A stretch of 62,016 nucleotides of DNA from Cirrosporium novae-zelandiae (lineage: Eukaryota), in the NCBI GenBank assembly GCA_026023565.1, contig JAPETS010000048.1:124001-186016 (forward strand). Reading direction: 5' to 3'. The translations under genes and the position numbers were made by a program. Positions within the stretch are counted from its first letter, which is position 1; each line of letters opens with the position of its first letter. Below are positions 14,501 to 27,350 of the stretch, in pieces. The notes beneath the pieces are model-generated. The model ran no database searches, was not told where the DNA came from, and was given only the letters and a program-made list of their open reading frames with translations.

Positions 14501-16471
14501 TAATGAAAGCTTTTGTATATAGTGTGGTCTTGTCACCCCAAAGCAGCCAAAACTCTCTCTTGGTACAAGCAAGCACTTGTCTGGGGAACGACACTGTGTA
14601 GCTAGATTTGTCAGGCACGTGTTTGCTCTTGGCAGCATTAACAGATTTCTGGAATCGACGAGCATCGGCGTGCTCAGTGGTTTCGACATATGTTTCATAT
14701 TCGTCGACCTCAGCAAGAAGAGCTTTGTAGTCTGGACTAGCACGGAAAGCCTTTTCAAGCTCTTCGGCGGTCTTCGGGGCCCTGTTTTCGAACCCGTCTC
14801 GAAATTGTCGCTCATTGGGATCTCCGATCGATGTCAAGAAGTCAGCGGTGGTTTCTCGTTCTGGACAGTGGAATCCAAGTTCAATAAAGTATTGTTTCGC
14901 CCTGGATGCCTCTCCTTGAAAGATCATTCGTCCTTGTTCGATAACCAGAACCTTGTCCATAAGCTTGAAAATATCTTCTCCGGCTTGGTAGAGGGTGACA
15001 AATGTCGTTCGGTTGCTCACATCCGTCATTATTCGAAGAGAATTAGCATAGTCAAGTGCGGTACTAGCGTCGAGTCCTCTGGTGCTGTTATCCCAGCAGA
15101 CGACTGTGGATTTGGTGGCCAGAGTCTCTGCGATTGAAACACGCTTCCGCTCCCCACCAGACACTCCCCGAACGTATTCATTGCCAACAAGTGTATATTT
15201 GGTATGGGATATGCCAAACATCTTTAGCAGCGCGTCTATGATTACGGGAACTTCCCCATTTTCGCGTCTTTTGGTCTTGTTCAGTAGAGCGAATTTGAGG
15301 GTTTGCCAAACGTTGAGGCTGGGGAAATGCTGATCGTCCTCCGGATTGTATGCAACTTCTCCTCGATATTTCTTCCTTTGTTCTTCTGCTGTGATTCCTC
15401 CGTAGTGAACATCTCCGGTGACATCGGCATACCCATCTCGTTGGTTAGCAATTGCTTTGAGAAAAGTTGAGCAACCAGCTCCTGGTCGACCTAGGACCAA
15501 CATCATCTGGCCATCTCGAAGAGTGCCGGTAAAGTCATGTATCAAATCTCTTGTCTGTCCATGGTTACCAAAACGGATGGCAGGGATAAAGCCACTTAGA
15601 ATGCGGTAGAGGTCTGGGCCAAACGTTCCAAGAATAGCATGTGGCAATGTCCTGACAAAGGTACTATTTCCTCCCACGCCTTTGACCGTCAAATTCCTAA
15701 ACACAACACCTACTTTCTTCGCCGACTCTCCCAAGGTCGTTCGGCGTCCAAAGTAACCATCCTGAAGGAATTCTCCTAGCTCAAAGTCTTTTTCCTCCCC
15801 AGTCGGACTAGCGTCTCCAATTTTTTCAATATCTTCTTGCTCAGTGCTTTGAGCAGATGGAGCCGATCTGGTTATAGCAGGTCTTCGTGAGCTCCTTCCG
15901 GTTGCAACTCGGAAAAGTCCCTCACCGCGGCTGTGGGATGTCTGGCTCCGCTCCAAGCTGAGTCTTGTCAACTCCCGTCTCATGTTCTCATAATCTTCCA
16001 TGGCCATTCTCTGCGTGACTGGGCCGCCCACGTCTCGTTCACCCCATACGCCAGAGTTGACCTCTGATGAATCTTCCGGGCTTGGGACGGCAGTAGAATC
16101 AGATGTGCTAGGGCCCCGGCCAGCTTCTTCGGGAACGTGGGGTTGTTCACCATTTTCGTCTTCTTGAACGTTATGCATCGGAACATGAGGTACTAGAGAG
16201 CATGTTAGCTTCATTCACAGACTCGAGGCGAGCAGATGTCGTGATTGGATCGCCATCCTCATCCCGTTCGGAGGATTTCCGGGAATACGGTGCGGGGAAA
16301 CATAACTCGACTCATCCATGTATATATAAGATAAGGTCTCTTAACCGTTCAATTTGAAGGCCGATATCGACTCTTATCAACAACCTTTTGCATTGGTGAT
16401 AATAAAATAAAACACGTACCTTCTCCAGTGGCTCTCCGTTGAAGCATCTCGCCTGTTTGTGTCCCCCACAT
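11509..16471 (-). CDS. Full-length ABCG/PDR multidrug transporter (NBD-TMD-NBD-TMD), atrF/SNQ2-like
   Basis: Exon 1 16471-16420 (MWGTQTGEMLQRRATGE), intron 16419-16193, second intron ~13028-12980. Motifs LGRPGAGCST, VSGGERKRVSIAE, CWDNSTRGLD, GASGAGKTTLL, LGVEQRKRLTIGVEL, LDEPTSGLDS and two TM domains. Confidence 0.95.
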
Positions 16472-17757
16472 TTTGGGAGGGGTTGTTGACTATATAGCTT
16501 TGATGAAATTTATACGGTCAAGAATTATAGTTGAATCCTTCAACCAAGGACAATATTGATTTCTAAGCTTAGCCAGACAGAAAGCTTAAAACGAATTCAA
16601 TGGAAATTAGTTACAGAAAACAGATAAAAACGGAAATTAGACCACGGAGATAAAGAGCTTTTTTTAAGTGAAAGAAACATGTCTATCGATGATGCATTAT
16701 GATGATAAATCCCGCATGATAGAGCTAAGGCTCTCCCACTGAGTCTGCCAATGCTGCCTCAGCAATCCACCTCGAGATCCCAGCGCGCCTAGGAACATGG
16801 AGGCAGACATGTCAGCGTAAGCGACGGGTAGCCTCTTACAATTGGTATTCCTTGTAGGGAGAGATTGGATTTGTTGGAGATAGTTGGAGATAGTTGGCTG
16901 TTTCCGAGAGTATCAAATGGAAAGAATGGTGAGAGGGGAAACCAAGCCTATGCCATGAGTCACAACGATACATTGTCCGTCATTGCTATATAAGCAAAGT
17001 GGATTGGCTTATTGAATGTGGTGAGAAAGTAACAAAAAATCATACGCACGGTTCAGATAGCGGTCGAAGTAGAGGGTTAAGTCTACGAAGATCCGGCGTT
17101 AGGAGAAGAATGTCACCGATCTCACGGCAGCCAAGTCTCTAACTGGACTAGTCAATTATTAGTCGTACCCGGAACTCCGAACTTTAAAATACTTTAAATA
17201 TTACTACTTTACACCATCTGAGTGGTAGAATTCGGAAATCCCGTGTCCTGGGTCAACGCGTCAGAGATGATAATCCATTATCATCTTCAACTACTGATCC
17301 TTTACAAACTCAATCGAAATGACCGCCCTACCCTTCTTACGCCATACCACGTGCACCCCTGACCTTATCAAGCTACAATAGCTTAGCCCTATCATAGTTA
17401 CCCATCTTTTCACATTACGTACGATAATATAAAGGCAATGGCCTCGAGGGGAAATGGGTATTGGTATACGGTAGACTTGTTCTTCAGAAAAGGCCACATT
17501 ACTCGTCATCCATCCGAAGGCTTCAAGAGTAATTTAAATTACTGTCCAGCCTTGTTCAAGCCCTATAAGGTGGATTAGTAATTCGATATTTTAATATCTA
17601 TTCTATAGCGGTTCAGTTTACCGTTATAAAAAAATTCCCAACGGTTCCCCAATGGAGTTTCAAGTATACATGGTATGCCCTGTTTCTCTTAGCCATCCTC
17701 CTTCCATGTCATTGTAACACGTAGCCTTATTCGGTTCTACCTTTAGCCACCGAGCCT

Positions 17758-20700
17758 TTACAGCTCATAAAGCCTAGTAAAGATGTTCATAAAATCTTTA
17801 GGTACTTCCCACCCATGCACATTACAGGCGCGTATGTATGCTTCCGCCGCCTCATTCGCTCCATAGTCTCTGATAGGACCAGGAAGGAGATAAGCTGGAC
17901 GTTCAGTATCCGACAAAGCAAGGCGGATCTGCAGGAGAACAGACTCGAGCGACGAGACAGAACTCCAACCAGTATTTGTCAGCAGCTCCATGCAAATCGC
18001 CCCGCCAGCAGTGACATGACCCCCACCCCCAGCCTGAAACGATTTGAACCGCGGACGAATGACCCGCACGAAAGGCGGGCTAAATGGATATTCTTTTCCA
18101 AACCTAAATTCCAAAACCACACTTTTCAACCCTTTTTGCACCATGTCTTTTGCCAAAGGCAACGTAGGATCAAATGAATGAAGCTCAAAGATCCATTGAT
18201 ACACGTTCGAAATTCTTTCCGTGTCAATATACCACCCCAGCTCATATGCTGGCTGCGTTTCTTGCAACGTGCAAATCGACATCAGTTCCCGGGACAAGTG
18301 CTTTGTAGCAGCCGGAGTAGCATACGTAGGCTGTTCTAACACCGCAAGAGCGTCATAATCAACGGTACCTGGAACGAAATCGGTCTTCGGCTCTTTTCCC
18401 TTTCCTTTCCCTACGGATCTATATTTTTCGTTGTCTGAGAGAAAAATCGAGTCATCCATGTCCGTACTCACGCTAAGCTCATCATCAGATTTCACGTCCG
18501 AACCCTTTTTACACTTCCTTTTGGGTGTAATTCCAGGCGGACGTCGGCTTCGACTAAGGACATTTAGTGGTATAACAAGTTTTCCTTGTTCACCTATTGC
18601 GGCGAAGTTTGGGTCTTGCTCGAGCTCGTTTAGGGGTTTGGTGATTGCAGACCTATTAGTTGATCTCTTCTGAGTGACTTCGTGGTCTGCATGCTCCTCT
18701 GAGCAGTTGACAAATAGATATCTGGTCTGGATCCAATCAAGCTGTGCTACCACTAAATGGGGATAACTGCTAACAAATTCTGTCGGTGCATTCACAATTT
18801 CATTCAAAGCTATTGCCTGCGCAATTCGAAGCTGGGTCTGGGGCCAGAAAACTCCCTGTTTAAAACTAGCCATCGTGGAGTAGCTTAAGCTGGTACGAAT
18901 TTGGGACGAGTGATATACTCCGTGACCATACGCCCGGCCGTGCATGGTCTGGTTAAAATGCAAGCCTTCTCTTAGAATCGAGTGCCAGTTCGCGAGGCCG
19001 CTTCCATGCCAGGCAAATATCGTTGGATACTTTTGATGTAAACGTGCAGTTGTCGTTTCGACGGAGTTAATAAATCGTTGCTCCTTATCTGGGGCTCCTT
19101 GAGCGAAACGAAACTGTTTCCATCCATTCCCTACTCCATGGACTCTCTCGTCCGCGGATTTGAATTCACCCAATTCGAGATCCAAGCCTGGAGTTTGGTT
19201 ATTTTTGAATGGGGAATGATCAACTTGCAATATACAGGAACGGTTCGAGGCAATGATCCACCGCAGCATACCAATAGCAGTATTTGATATCCGATCTTTC
19301 CATGTGCTCAAAGACAAGTTAGATAACTGGTGGCTTTGGATGTAACATCCCATCTCGAAAACGCTCGGGAGGGTATCCAATATCAAACAAATGCTTGATC
19401 TCTTCGCGGAATCATCGAGATCGTCAAAGTTCAAATCATAAGGAACCACGTTAATCCCATAGGGTTTCCCGGTTTTTGCACCAGGTTTTGGATCGGGTTT
19501 TGCGCTGAGCTTTTTGTCTCCAGCTTTCCCATGTTCTTGGTCTTGCTCACTGCTTGCAGTATTCGCAGGTTGTCCGAGACTAATAACGGGGAAATATTCC
19601 GTCCCAAGCACCTTACAATGTAGAATTTTGCTAGTTTTTAAAACAACCCACTGTCCCAGTTTAAAAGGGCACGTGGGCATATCCTTGAAACGCAGTTCCA
19701 TCTTCTCCGAGTCAAATTCGGCTATATATGCATTCTCCGTGGCTTGAACGTGTGGTATTGGAGTGGTCGGGCTACTTAACCCTACTTGATATTGAACTCC
19801 AAACTCGTAAATATTGGAATTTGGGGAAGTTGGAAAAGCTCTTGGATCCGGAACGGTCAACCCCATGCCGATAGGAAAGTCCTGAAGCGTCCCAGCTTTT
19901 GCGGCAACATAACAGAAGCTCACTAAGAGATCAACAACATAAGGGCTCGAAACAATTTCAAACTCAATACTGGGTCCAAATCCGAGACTCATGTACTGGT
20001 ATAAGCACAGGGAATTTGAACAGACGTATGGTTTGAGGGCTTCAAAGGTATTGCCGATTTTGCAGTGGCAGACCAAGCAAAACTCGGTACACCGCGCCAT
20101 ATGACGAAGGGTAAATTGCATTGCAAGAAGTGGAAAGGACAGCTCTGTGATTTCTGAATCTTTGATCTGATCTCTCGACAAAACTTTGGGGAGTGTAGTT
20201 GTCCTAGACATGTCACCTCCAACGTATTTGGGATTAGTAGCGCTAACCGCTATATCTTGTGAGATGTTACCTTGGACGTCATTATAGTACCGTTCAGCTC
20301 CATACCAGCTCATCCCGAAACTTAGTCTGTATGCAAGAAGAGTGATAAATCGAGAGCTCAAAAGATGATCTAGCGGCTTTCCGATGAACAATTCGCGTAA
20401 CTTGTCATCAATTGAAGTTTCGACTATGGTTGTGGTAGGAGTGCTTAAGCCGTCCTTGACTGGATGTTTGTTGAAGACCTCCCAAATTTCCTGCAAGGGA
20501 GGCTTGTATACATTGCAAATAGCAACATGGAATTGGATTGACGATGTATGATACACTACCCTTGAAATTACTCCGTCGAGATTTCGGTATCCTTGTGGGT
20601 AACGGATAAGTAAGATCAAATACTGACGTTCATCCAAATCCCATGCTCGAATAGCTTCTTCAGATATTCCCAACTTTGAAATACGGATGGATACACAAAG

Positions 20701-21402
20701 GCAGCAGTCGGAGATACAGCTCAAGGATCCGATGTGGCTAATTCTATATCCTTCGCGTTTCAGTGCCTTCAAATCATTATGCAGCCTTCGGGATGCTCCG
20801 CTAGATTGTGAGTCCAAGGCTTTGCCTAAAGGTTTTTGAAATGGGTCTGTTTCAATAGACCTCGGGGGCCAGTCTTGGCCAAATTCGTTATCACTACTTT
20901 CGAATTCCTCGTCTTCCATTTCAGTGTCTTCTTTCATATCGGAGTCTTGGTCTAATTGCATTTCATCCTCACTCTCATCTATCACGATAGGTTGTTCTTT
21001 GGTTCCACGGCCAAAAGCCTTGGAAAGAGATTTTGATATTTTTAGAAGGGCCTCAGATATGTCAGTTCCAGACAAGAGAGAACTGAGACGCTCGAGAGTT
21101 TCGGTGACCTCGACTGGGAAGCCATCCGATATGGTATAAATGAAGAACTGGTGGTTTGTGGGGTATTCGGAGACATCTAGACATACTGTATGAGGGAATT
21201 GTATTCCGACCTAACAGTGGGGATAGTTAATCTTACCTGAAATCCAGACTTGTATGGTAACTCGGGCTTCAGAGTTGCCATCTGAGGTGTAGCTGAATAT
21301 GAAAGTTCCATCTTCATCACCATGGATAATATTAGTAATGCAAGCAGTTGGGGAACTTTTTATCACAGTTTTCAAGTCGGCTAAAAATTGTTTTCGGGGC
21401 AT
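17758..21402 (-). CDS. PARP-like (PARP6/8-type) ADP-ribosyltransferase fused to a C-terminal UBE2Q-like E2 domain, ~1,194 aa
   Basis: Exon 1 21402-21237, intron 21236-21177 restores the frame into the 1105-aa ORF. Cys cluster CLVCHC...YVCSNSLC; ART motifs FAWHGS and AYGHGVYHS; E2 motifs YPFSPPFVRVIRP and GGAICMELL. Confidence 0.9.
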
Positions 21403-22315
21403 GTTGAAGTCATGAGATAAGTATCAAGCAAGAGGATATCAAAATAAGCCCTAGAAAGGTGGTAAGGGACAATAAATGAAGTATGAGAGAGTTGGTTTCA
21501 TGAAGGGTGGATGAGAAATGAATACCAAGTCTGGGAATGATATTTTTGAACCGGCGAAATTTATAAATAATGGAAGTATTGAAGTGATGAATGTAGAGAT
21601 TATTCGTCTCAGTTCTCTTCAATTCTTCAAAGGCCTTGCAGCCTCAGGCTCCTTCCGATGAGACTGCTAGAAGAAAGCAGTTGGAAAAATGTGTGTCAAC
21701 TTGTTCTATAATGGCCATAATATTGCAGGTGTTCCAGTGGTTCCAGTCACTATTGGAAAGAAGGGCGCAGAGCAGCCTTCTTTCATCTTGTTAGGGTATT
21801 ACTAGATGTGTTACAGATCTCTTAAACAAAAGATAATATCATGATAATGGATAATGATAATGGATAATTATATTCTACTAAGTACGACATCCATCTTTTG
21901 ACATTAAATCTAAAATAACTAGTTTTAATCCTAATACAGCTAATTACCAGTTTTTTTGACCTAATCAGCACCCACCTAGGTACAGTAATTAATTACAGTA
22001 CCTAAGGTACCCAGGTAAGTAGATCATGTTTGTTACCATTTTACCCAAGGGCCTCCTCTCAACTTGTACAGCAAAGGTCAACTTTTACTAAAAACTCATT
22101 GAAATTATAACTTAATGTTGTTTGACAACCTCTCGAAGATTATATTTATTAATGACTTGCTGTTTTAATTCTGTCCTAGCTTAATCAGACCGAGAAAAGT
22201 GACGGGCCGACTTTAGCGACCGTGAAGCTGCTCACAGTAGTTAACAAGTACACTCTTCTCCTTCAACCAGGCTTCCTTGGAGTACTTTATATTGGGTGGG
22301 TTCTCACAAACAGTA

Positions 22316-23410
22316 ATGGCGCCAATTGACAAAGGGAATGGTCTCCAACCCAAATCATCTCACACTTCAGATCCAGCACTATATTTGTTCATCGCACCCA
22401 ATTTCAATGCTTTCGATTATCTTAATTCCACATTACCGTCTCTAGAGCCTGGATCCCGCCAACTTCATACTTCAAATGCCTCTAGACTTGCAATTCTTTC
22501 TGAATTGTCAGAACAGACTCAAGCTATTCTGTCTCAACTCAACGCGCAGAGCACGAGACTATCGACTACATTGACCCAGCTTACCGATGATATTCTTCGG
22601 AGCGGTAGTCGACTAGGATACGAAGTTGATGTACTCAGGGGAGAAACAGTTACTTTGGCTGAGGCGTTATCCGAAAATCTTCAAGATGACGTGAAGAAAT
22701 TTGTACCTGGCGGAATTCACCCCAGTTCCATTCAGACAGGATCGGTCGAATTAGGAGATGCAAAGATTCTGCCAGAATCAGCCAAGCAGCTTATTGATGG
22801 AAATTCTCCAATTCAAGAGGCTTCTTCGGGGCTTTTATTCATTGATCAGCTCCGGACTTTGAATGTTGTTAGAAGCCGCTTGGAATCAGTAATTCACGTA
22901 TTTGGAGAAGCAATGGACTGGACATTGCCTCCATCCGAAGTTTCTGTTGCTTCCTCTTTCATCTCGGTTTCGGCACCAGAACCAGGTCAGGAAAATGAAA
23001 GCATCGAGGAGAAAGGACAAGAAGTTGCCAAAAGGTTTCGAACGGAGATAGAAAACCTTCTGGATAATGAACCGGGAGGAAGGGAAGGAGTTGAAGCTGC
23101 CTCGAAACGGGTAGAAGCACTACGAAATTTGGCTACTGTTTGGAAAGGGACGGCAGAAGAGAAAGCCAGGAACAAGTTTGTTGATGGGTTAGAAAAGCTT
23201 GTGGAAGATCGGCGTACTAATTTGATGGCAACCAAGCCGGACTTGGGCACAAGAGGGAATTCACAGTCAAACCAGAATCGGAGAAGTTCTAGTTTACCGA
23301 GAGGAATCAGACAGGCAGACCAAGGTCGAGATGAACGGTCATCCAATGAAGGAGGGTTAGGGTTTATGAGGAATCTACAACGACTACGAGAAGAAATATA
23401 TTTGGACTGA
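22316..23410 (+). CDS. Coiled-coil protein, COG7/CATCHR tethering-subunit-like
   Basis: 364-aa intronless ORF from ATG 22316. N-terminal FNAFDYLNSTLP followed by a long heptad helix (LSTTLTQLTDDILRSGSRLGYEVDVLRGE). The family call is tentative. Confidence 0.6.
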   Translation: MAPIDKGNGLQPKSSHTSDPALYLFIAPNFNAFDYLNSTLPSLEPGSRQLHTSNASRLAILSELSEQTQAILSQLNAQSTRLSTTLTQLTDDILRSGSRLGYEVDVLRGETVTLAEALSENLQDDVKKFVPGGIHPSSIQTGSVELGDAKILPESAKQLIDGNSPIQEASSGLLFIDQLRTLNVVRSRLESVIHVFGEAMDWTLPPSEVSVASSFISVSAPEPGQENESIEEKGQEVAKRFRTEIENLLDNEPGGREGVEAASKRVEALRNLATVWKGTAEEKARNKFVDGLEKLVEDRRTNLMATKPDLGTRGNSQSNQNRRSSSLPRGIRQADQGRDERSSNEGGLGFMRNLQRLREEIYLD

Positions 23411-24306
23411 AAGTGACGTGTTGAATTCTACAAGTAGATATACAATCAATATCCTAGGTCTCTGGTGTTGTAACGGACATGGCTGGGGTACCTCGATATA
23501 TCCATCTGTTATACCAAGTTCTCCTAATATTGTTATTGAATCACATGTGTCATGTTTCTCCTTCTCAAAGGGGTATAGATCAGAGCAATTTTAAAGTGTT
23601 AGATCTCCCGCTGTCTGACAAAAGTTAGAGTGGAACAAATGGGGGATTGTGGACCTGAGCGGGTTCCTGTGAACCCTGTGAACCCTTGTGGTGTGTTTCG
23701 GCTGCACCAATTCCTAACGCCGATGTGACCGATGTGAGGGAGTAAAAACACTTATCCGAAATCATCAGCTTCCCCTCGTACTCGAGTACACACGTTAAAC
23801 CCACCACCACCACCACCACCACCACCAGCCTCGGATTCGGCTTCATACACTTCTTGTACACCTTACCTTTCCTTTCTGAATTCAACCTGTATCGCTTCCT
23901 TTTTCGATCTTTCTCATCTTTCTACATGAGAAACCAATAGAGACCAAGTCTCTCTTTTGTTCTTTTCTTCATATTTCATCTTCCATCTACATTATATCAT
24001 TCCCTACCAGGATAGACACCTTATCCGTCTGCCTGACCCTCTGACAGCAATCTCCTGCATAATCCTACGCAATCGCATGCATATGATTATCTTTCCTCCT
24101 TATCTTCCATGAACCTATTACCTTTCCAAGTACTTTCAACTGTGGTTGAAACCAACTGATGTGAGTATGAGTAATCCACTCCCTGCATTACACATCCTCA
24201 ACCGCTAATGCTCAGATAGCGAACATTATCAGACACTAAGGATTTTGTTTGAAACTGCATGCTTTGGACTCGAGGAGAATAATTCTTGCTACTTTGTTTG
24301 TTCCAT

Positions 24307-26277
24307 ATGGCGCTCAATATCGATTTTGATGGCATTACCGAACCATATGAAAAGACCTACATCCGTTCGTCTCGAACTCGGCTTCGGCGGAACAGAGTTG
24401 TTTTAGTCTTGGCAGGATGTTTGTTTCTGATCTGCATGTTCTGGAGGAATGAGATCGCAGAGGTACGTAATAGCCAAATGGGTACTCGAAAATCATTGCC
24501 TACAGTCTTGCTTACTATCTGGGTGCAGAGCGCATTAGCATCCAAGAAGCTTGCTGGTTACAGCTTCTCGCCTTTCTCTTCGAACCTAGGCTCTGTGGTT
24601 GAATCCCCACTTCTGGAGCCATCCCCTCCATCTCTAAATGATGATGGGATAACCGTCCCGAGCAATCTCAAAAAAGAAAATCCATCATTCCATCTCCTTA
24701 TTCTATCCTCGGAGACTAATCCTAGCCTTTGCAAGACGGTGCTCTCTGCATTTATCTTAAACTATCCGCCGCCAACGCTAATCAACTTTCACAAATTCTA
24801 CGCCGATAACGACCCAAAAACGCATGCAGCCAAGTTGCAAGGGATTAGTGACTATTTAAACAACGAGAAGAAGGTCCGGGAAGATGATCTTGTTCTTATT
24901 ATCGACGATGATGACATCTGGCTACAGCTGTCCCCTGATGTCATGATCAAACGCTTCGATCGCATCATTGCGGCTGCTGATGAGCGTGTGAAAAGAAAGT
25001 ACGGCACAAATACCAGGCTGGTTCCTGGCAATGAGACCAGAGTTGAATATGTGCCGAAATACACTTCAAAAGTAGTATTCGGTGCGAGTAAAAAGTGCTG
25101 GCCAAACGCGGTTGAAGATGCTGCTTGTGCTTCCGTGCCTTCATCCACTCTTCACAAGAATGCTTACGGTCCAGGTACTGATGAGGAATCACAACCTGAG
25201 CTCATTAGGCCTAGATTCCTTGACTCTGGGTCCCTCATTGGACCTGTCTCCGACCTCAAAGCCATTTATAGGTCCGCTCTTCTCAAAGCCCAGAAGGAAA
25301 GTTACGGAAAAGATGATAACCAGTTCATACTCAACGAACTTTTCGGCGAGCAGGAGTATAAACGCGAAGAAGAACGCAAAGCAGCACAGGGTGCTGGTGG
25401 CCGCTGGCTCTCCTGGCTCGCAGATGCTTTAGGAACTGCTGATGCTCTTCCGAGTAACGTTACCATCAATAATATCACTTCCGAACCCGGACAACACTAT
25501 GAGTTTGGTATTACACTAGATTATGAATCCCAACTCTTCCAGGAAATGCATTATTCGGAAAATGACCTTGATTGGCTCCTGTACAACGACACCGAAACCA
25601 ACATGCATATCTTAGCAGAGCATAACCTCAATTCGTGGTATCCGCCAGTTATCCCCAGCGAAATACTACATTCACCATTCCCATTGTCAATCAATGATAG
25701 TCGCCAAGATGATGCACATTTCATCCCCGTTGTCGAATCCCTCGATACCATTCCAGAAAACCTAAGCTGGTCGACAGTTCCCCTAGCCACAAACCTCCAT
25801 TCCAAATCCATCCCCGCATCCCTCCGCTTCAGTAGCAAAACCACTCTTGATGAATTCTGGTCCAAGATGTGGTATCACCCCTATTCCCGTGCTCTACTCC
25901 GCAAGTACATGCGTAGTCCTCAAGGCCCAAAAGCCTTTCACGAAGCCTCTATTGGTGGATACCAATGGTGGGATTCTCGAGGCGGAAAAGGCGGCGTCTG
26001 GACCGATATGGGAGAATGGCTTGGGTGGAGCGAAATTTGCAAAGGCTATGATGAGGGGCTATTCGACGACGGCAAGGGGGAATGGGGTAATGAAGAAGGG
26101 GGCGCAATGATACCGGTATACAATTCCTTTGGGAAACTAGTAGCTGGTTCGCCGGCAAAGAGCGGGGGGAGGAGGACGAAGACCGGGCAGACGAAGACGG
26201 GCAAGACAAAAACGGGAAGGAGAATGAGAAGAGGCAACGTATTGCTCCGAGCAGGGAATGGACGGCCACGAACATGA
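24307..26277 (+). CDS. Type II membrane protein with a PLOD/LH-type glycosyltransferase-like domain
   Basis: N-terminal TM anchor (VVLVLAGCLFLICMFW); DDLVLIIDDDDIW, VVFGASKKCWPN, RFLDSGSLIG and DDNQ motifs; probable intron 24463-24528 and a 5'UTR intron at ~24161-24217. Confidence 0.75.
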   Translation: MALNIDFDGITEPYEKTYIRSSRTRLRRNRVVLVLAGCLFLICMFWRNEIAEVRNSQMGTRKSLPTVLLTIWVQSALASKKLAGYSFSPFSSNLGSVVESPLLEPSPPSLNDDGITVPSNLKKENPSFHLLILSSETNPSLCKTVLSAFILNYPPPTLINFHKFYADNDPKTHAAKLQGISDYLNNEKKVREDDLVLIIDDDDIWLQLSPDVMIKRFDRIIAAADERVKRKYGTNTRLVPGNETRVEYVPKYTSKVVFGASKKCWPNAVEDAACASVPSSTLHKNAYGPGTDEESQPELIRPRFLDSGSLIGPVSDLKAIYRSALLKAQKESYGKDDNQFILNELFGEQEYKREEERKAAQGAGGRWLSWLADALGTADALPSNVTINNITSEPGQHYEFGITLDYESQLFQEMHYSENDLDWLLYNDTETNMHILAEHNLNSWYPPVIPSEILHSPFPLSINDSRQDDAHFIPVVESLDTIPENLSWSTVPLATNLHSKSIPASLRFSSKTTLDEFWSKMWYHPYSRALLRKYMRSPQGPKAFHEASIGGYQWWDSRGGKGGVWTDMGEWLGWSEICKGYDEGLFDDGKGEWGNEEGGAMIPVYNSFGKLVAGSPAKSGGRRTKTGQTKTGKTKTGRRMRRGNVLLRAGNGRPRT

Positions 26278-26789
26278 AAATAAATTAAATACAAAAACCC
26301 AAAAAACGAAATCGCTTTTGCATACTATGTTACGGCACTGGAGGGCAGGTTGGTTGGTTGGTCGTTACGGCGTTCGCATTCCGATCTGGTCTTGTCTGGT
26401 CTAGTCACAACCATTCTCTTATCTAGACTACCACTCCGATTTATATCCTTTACTTCTCTTTGCTTTATTCACCGGATACCACGGGAGAAACTTCCTTACC
26501 TTCCATTTTCACTTGGGGTTTTCTAGGCGTGTGGGTGTTGGCAAAAGTTGACTTTTCTTTTCTTTTTTTATACCCTTTTGTGAGATTGATTCGCTTTAGT
26601 GATGGGGATGGGGACAATTTACTTCACTTCAATTCAAATTCCCTCACTCACTCACTCACTCACTCATTCATTCATTTTTTGTTCCCATCCTGTTTTTAGG
26701 TAGTTTTTTGAAGTTGGTCGGTCGATGGAGTCATGATTTAGATGATGGAATGGAATAGGAATGGAAAATGGAATGAAGATGAATAGTTG

Positions 26790-27125
26790 ACTCTCTCTTG
26801 ACTCTTTCTGTGTATGTGTGATTTCATGTAACATGTAGTAGTTTTTTCACGCGTATTTAGATACTCAACCCAATCCCAATCCCAATCCTCAATCCCTTAC
26901 TACTTACTACTTATACCTATAACCACTCTTTCCATACTATACCATATACCATACTAAAGTATAGAAAGAAGATAAAAAGCTGACTCTCTCTCTCTCTCTC
27001 TCTCTTGACTCTTGACATGTAGTTTTTTTTTTTCACCCGTACCTATACACTCAATCCACAACCCACAATCTCAATCCCTTACTACTTATACCCTATACCC
27101 TATACCCTTATAACACACACTCTTC
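26790..27125. repeat. Degenerate ~190-bp tandem duplication within microsatellite-rich DNA
   Basis: The series TGACTCTCTC..ACATGTAG..TTTTTTCAC..ACTCAA..CTCAATCCCTT..ACTACTTATACC occurs at ~26790-26930 and again at ~26981-27120. Confidence 0.65.
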
Positions 27126-27350
27126 CTATACTTCTATACTTCTACACCTTATTCTCAGTACATCAGTCCTCCTCTTAACCTCCCAACCTCCCAACCACAC
27201 ACACACACACAGCATACATATACATCTATATGTATATTTCAGCCAGAAATCGTAAAGGGTATATCTATATATAAAAAAAACGCCACGCAAAAAGCGAGAA
27301 GGGTTAGGGAAAGAAATTCTCTTCGCTCCCTCCTCCTCTTCCATCCCATC

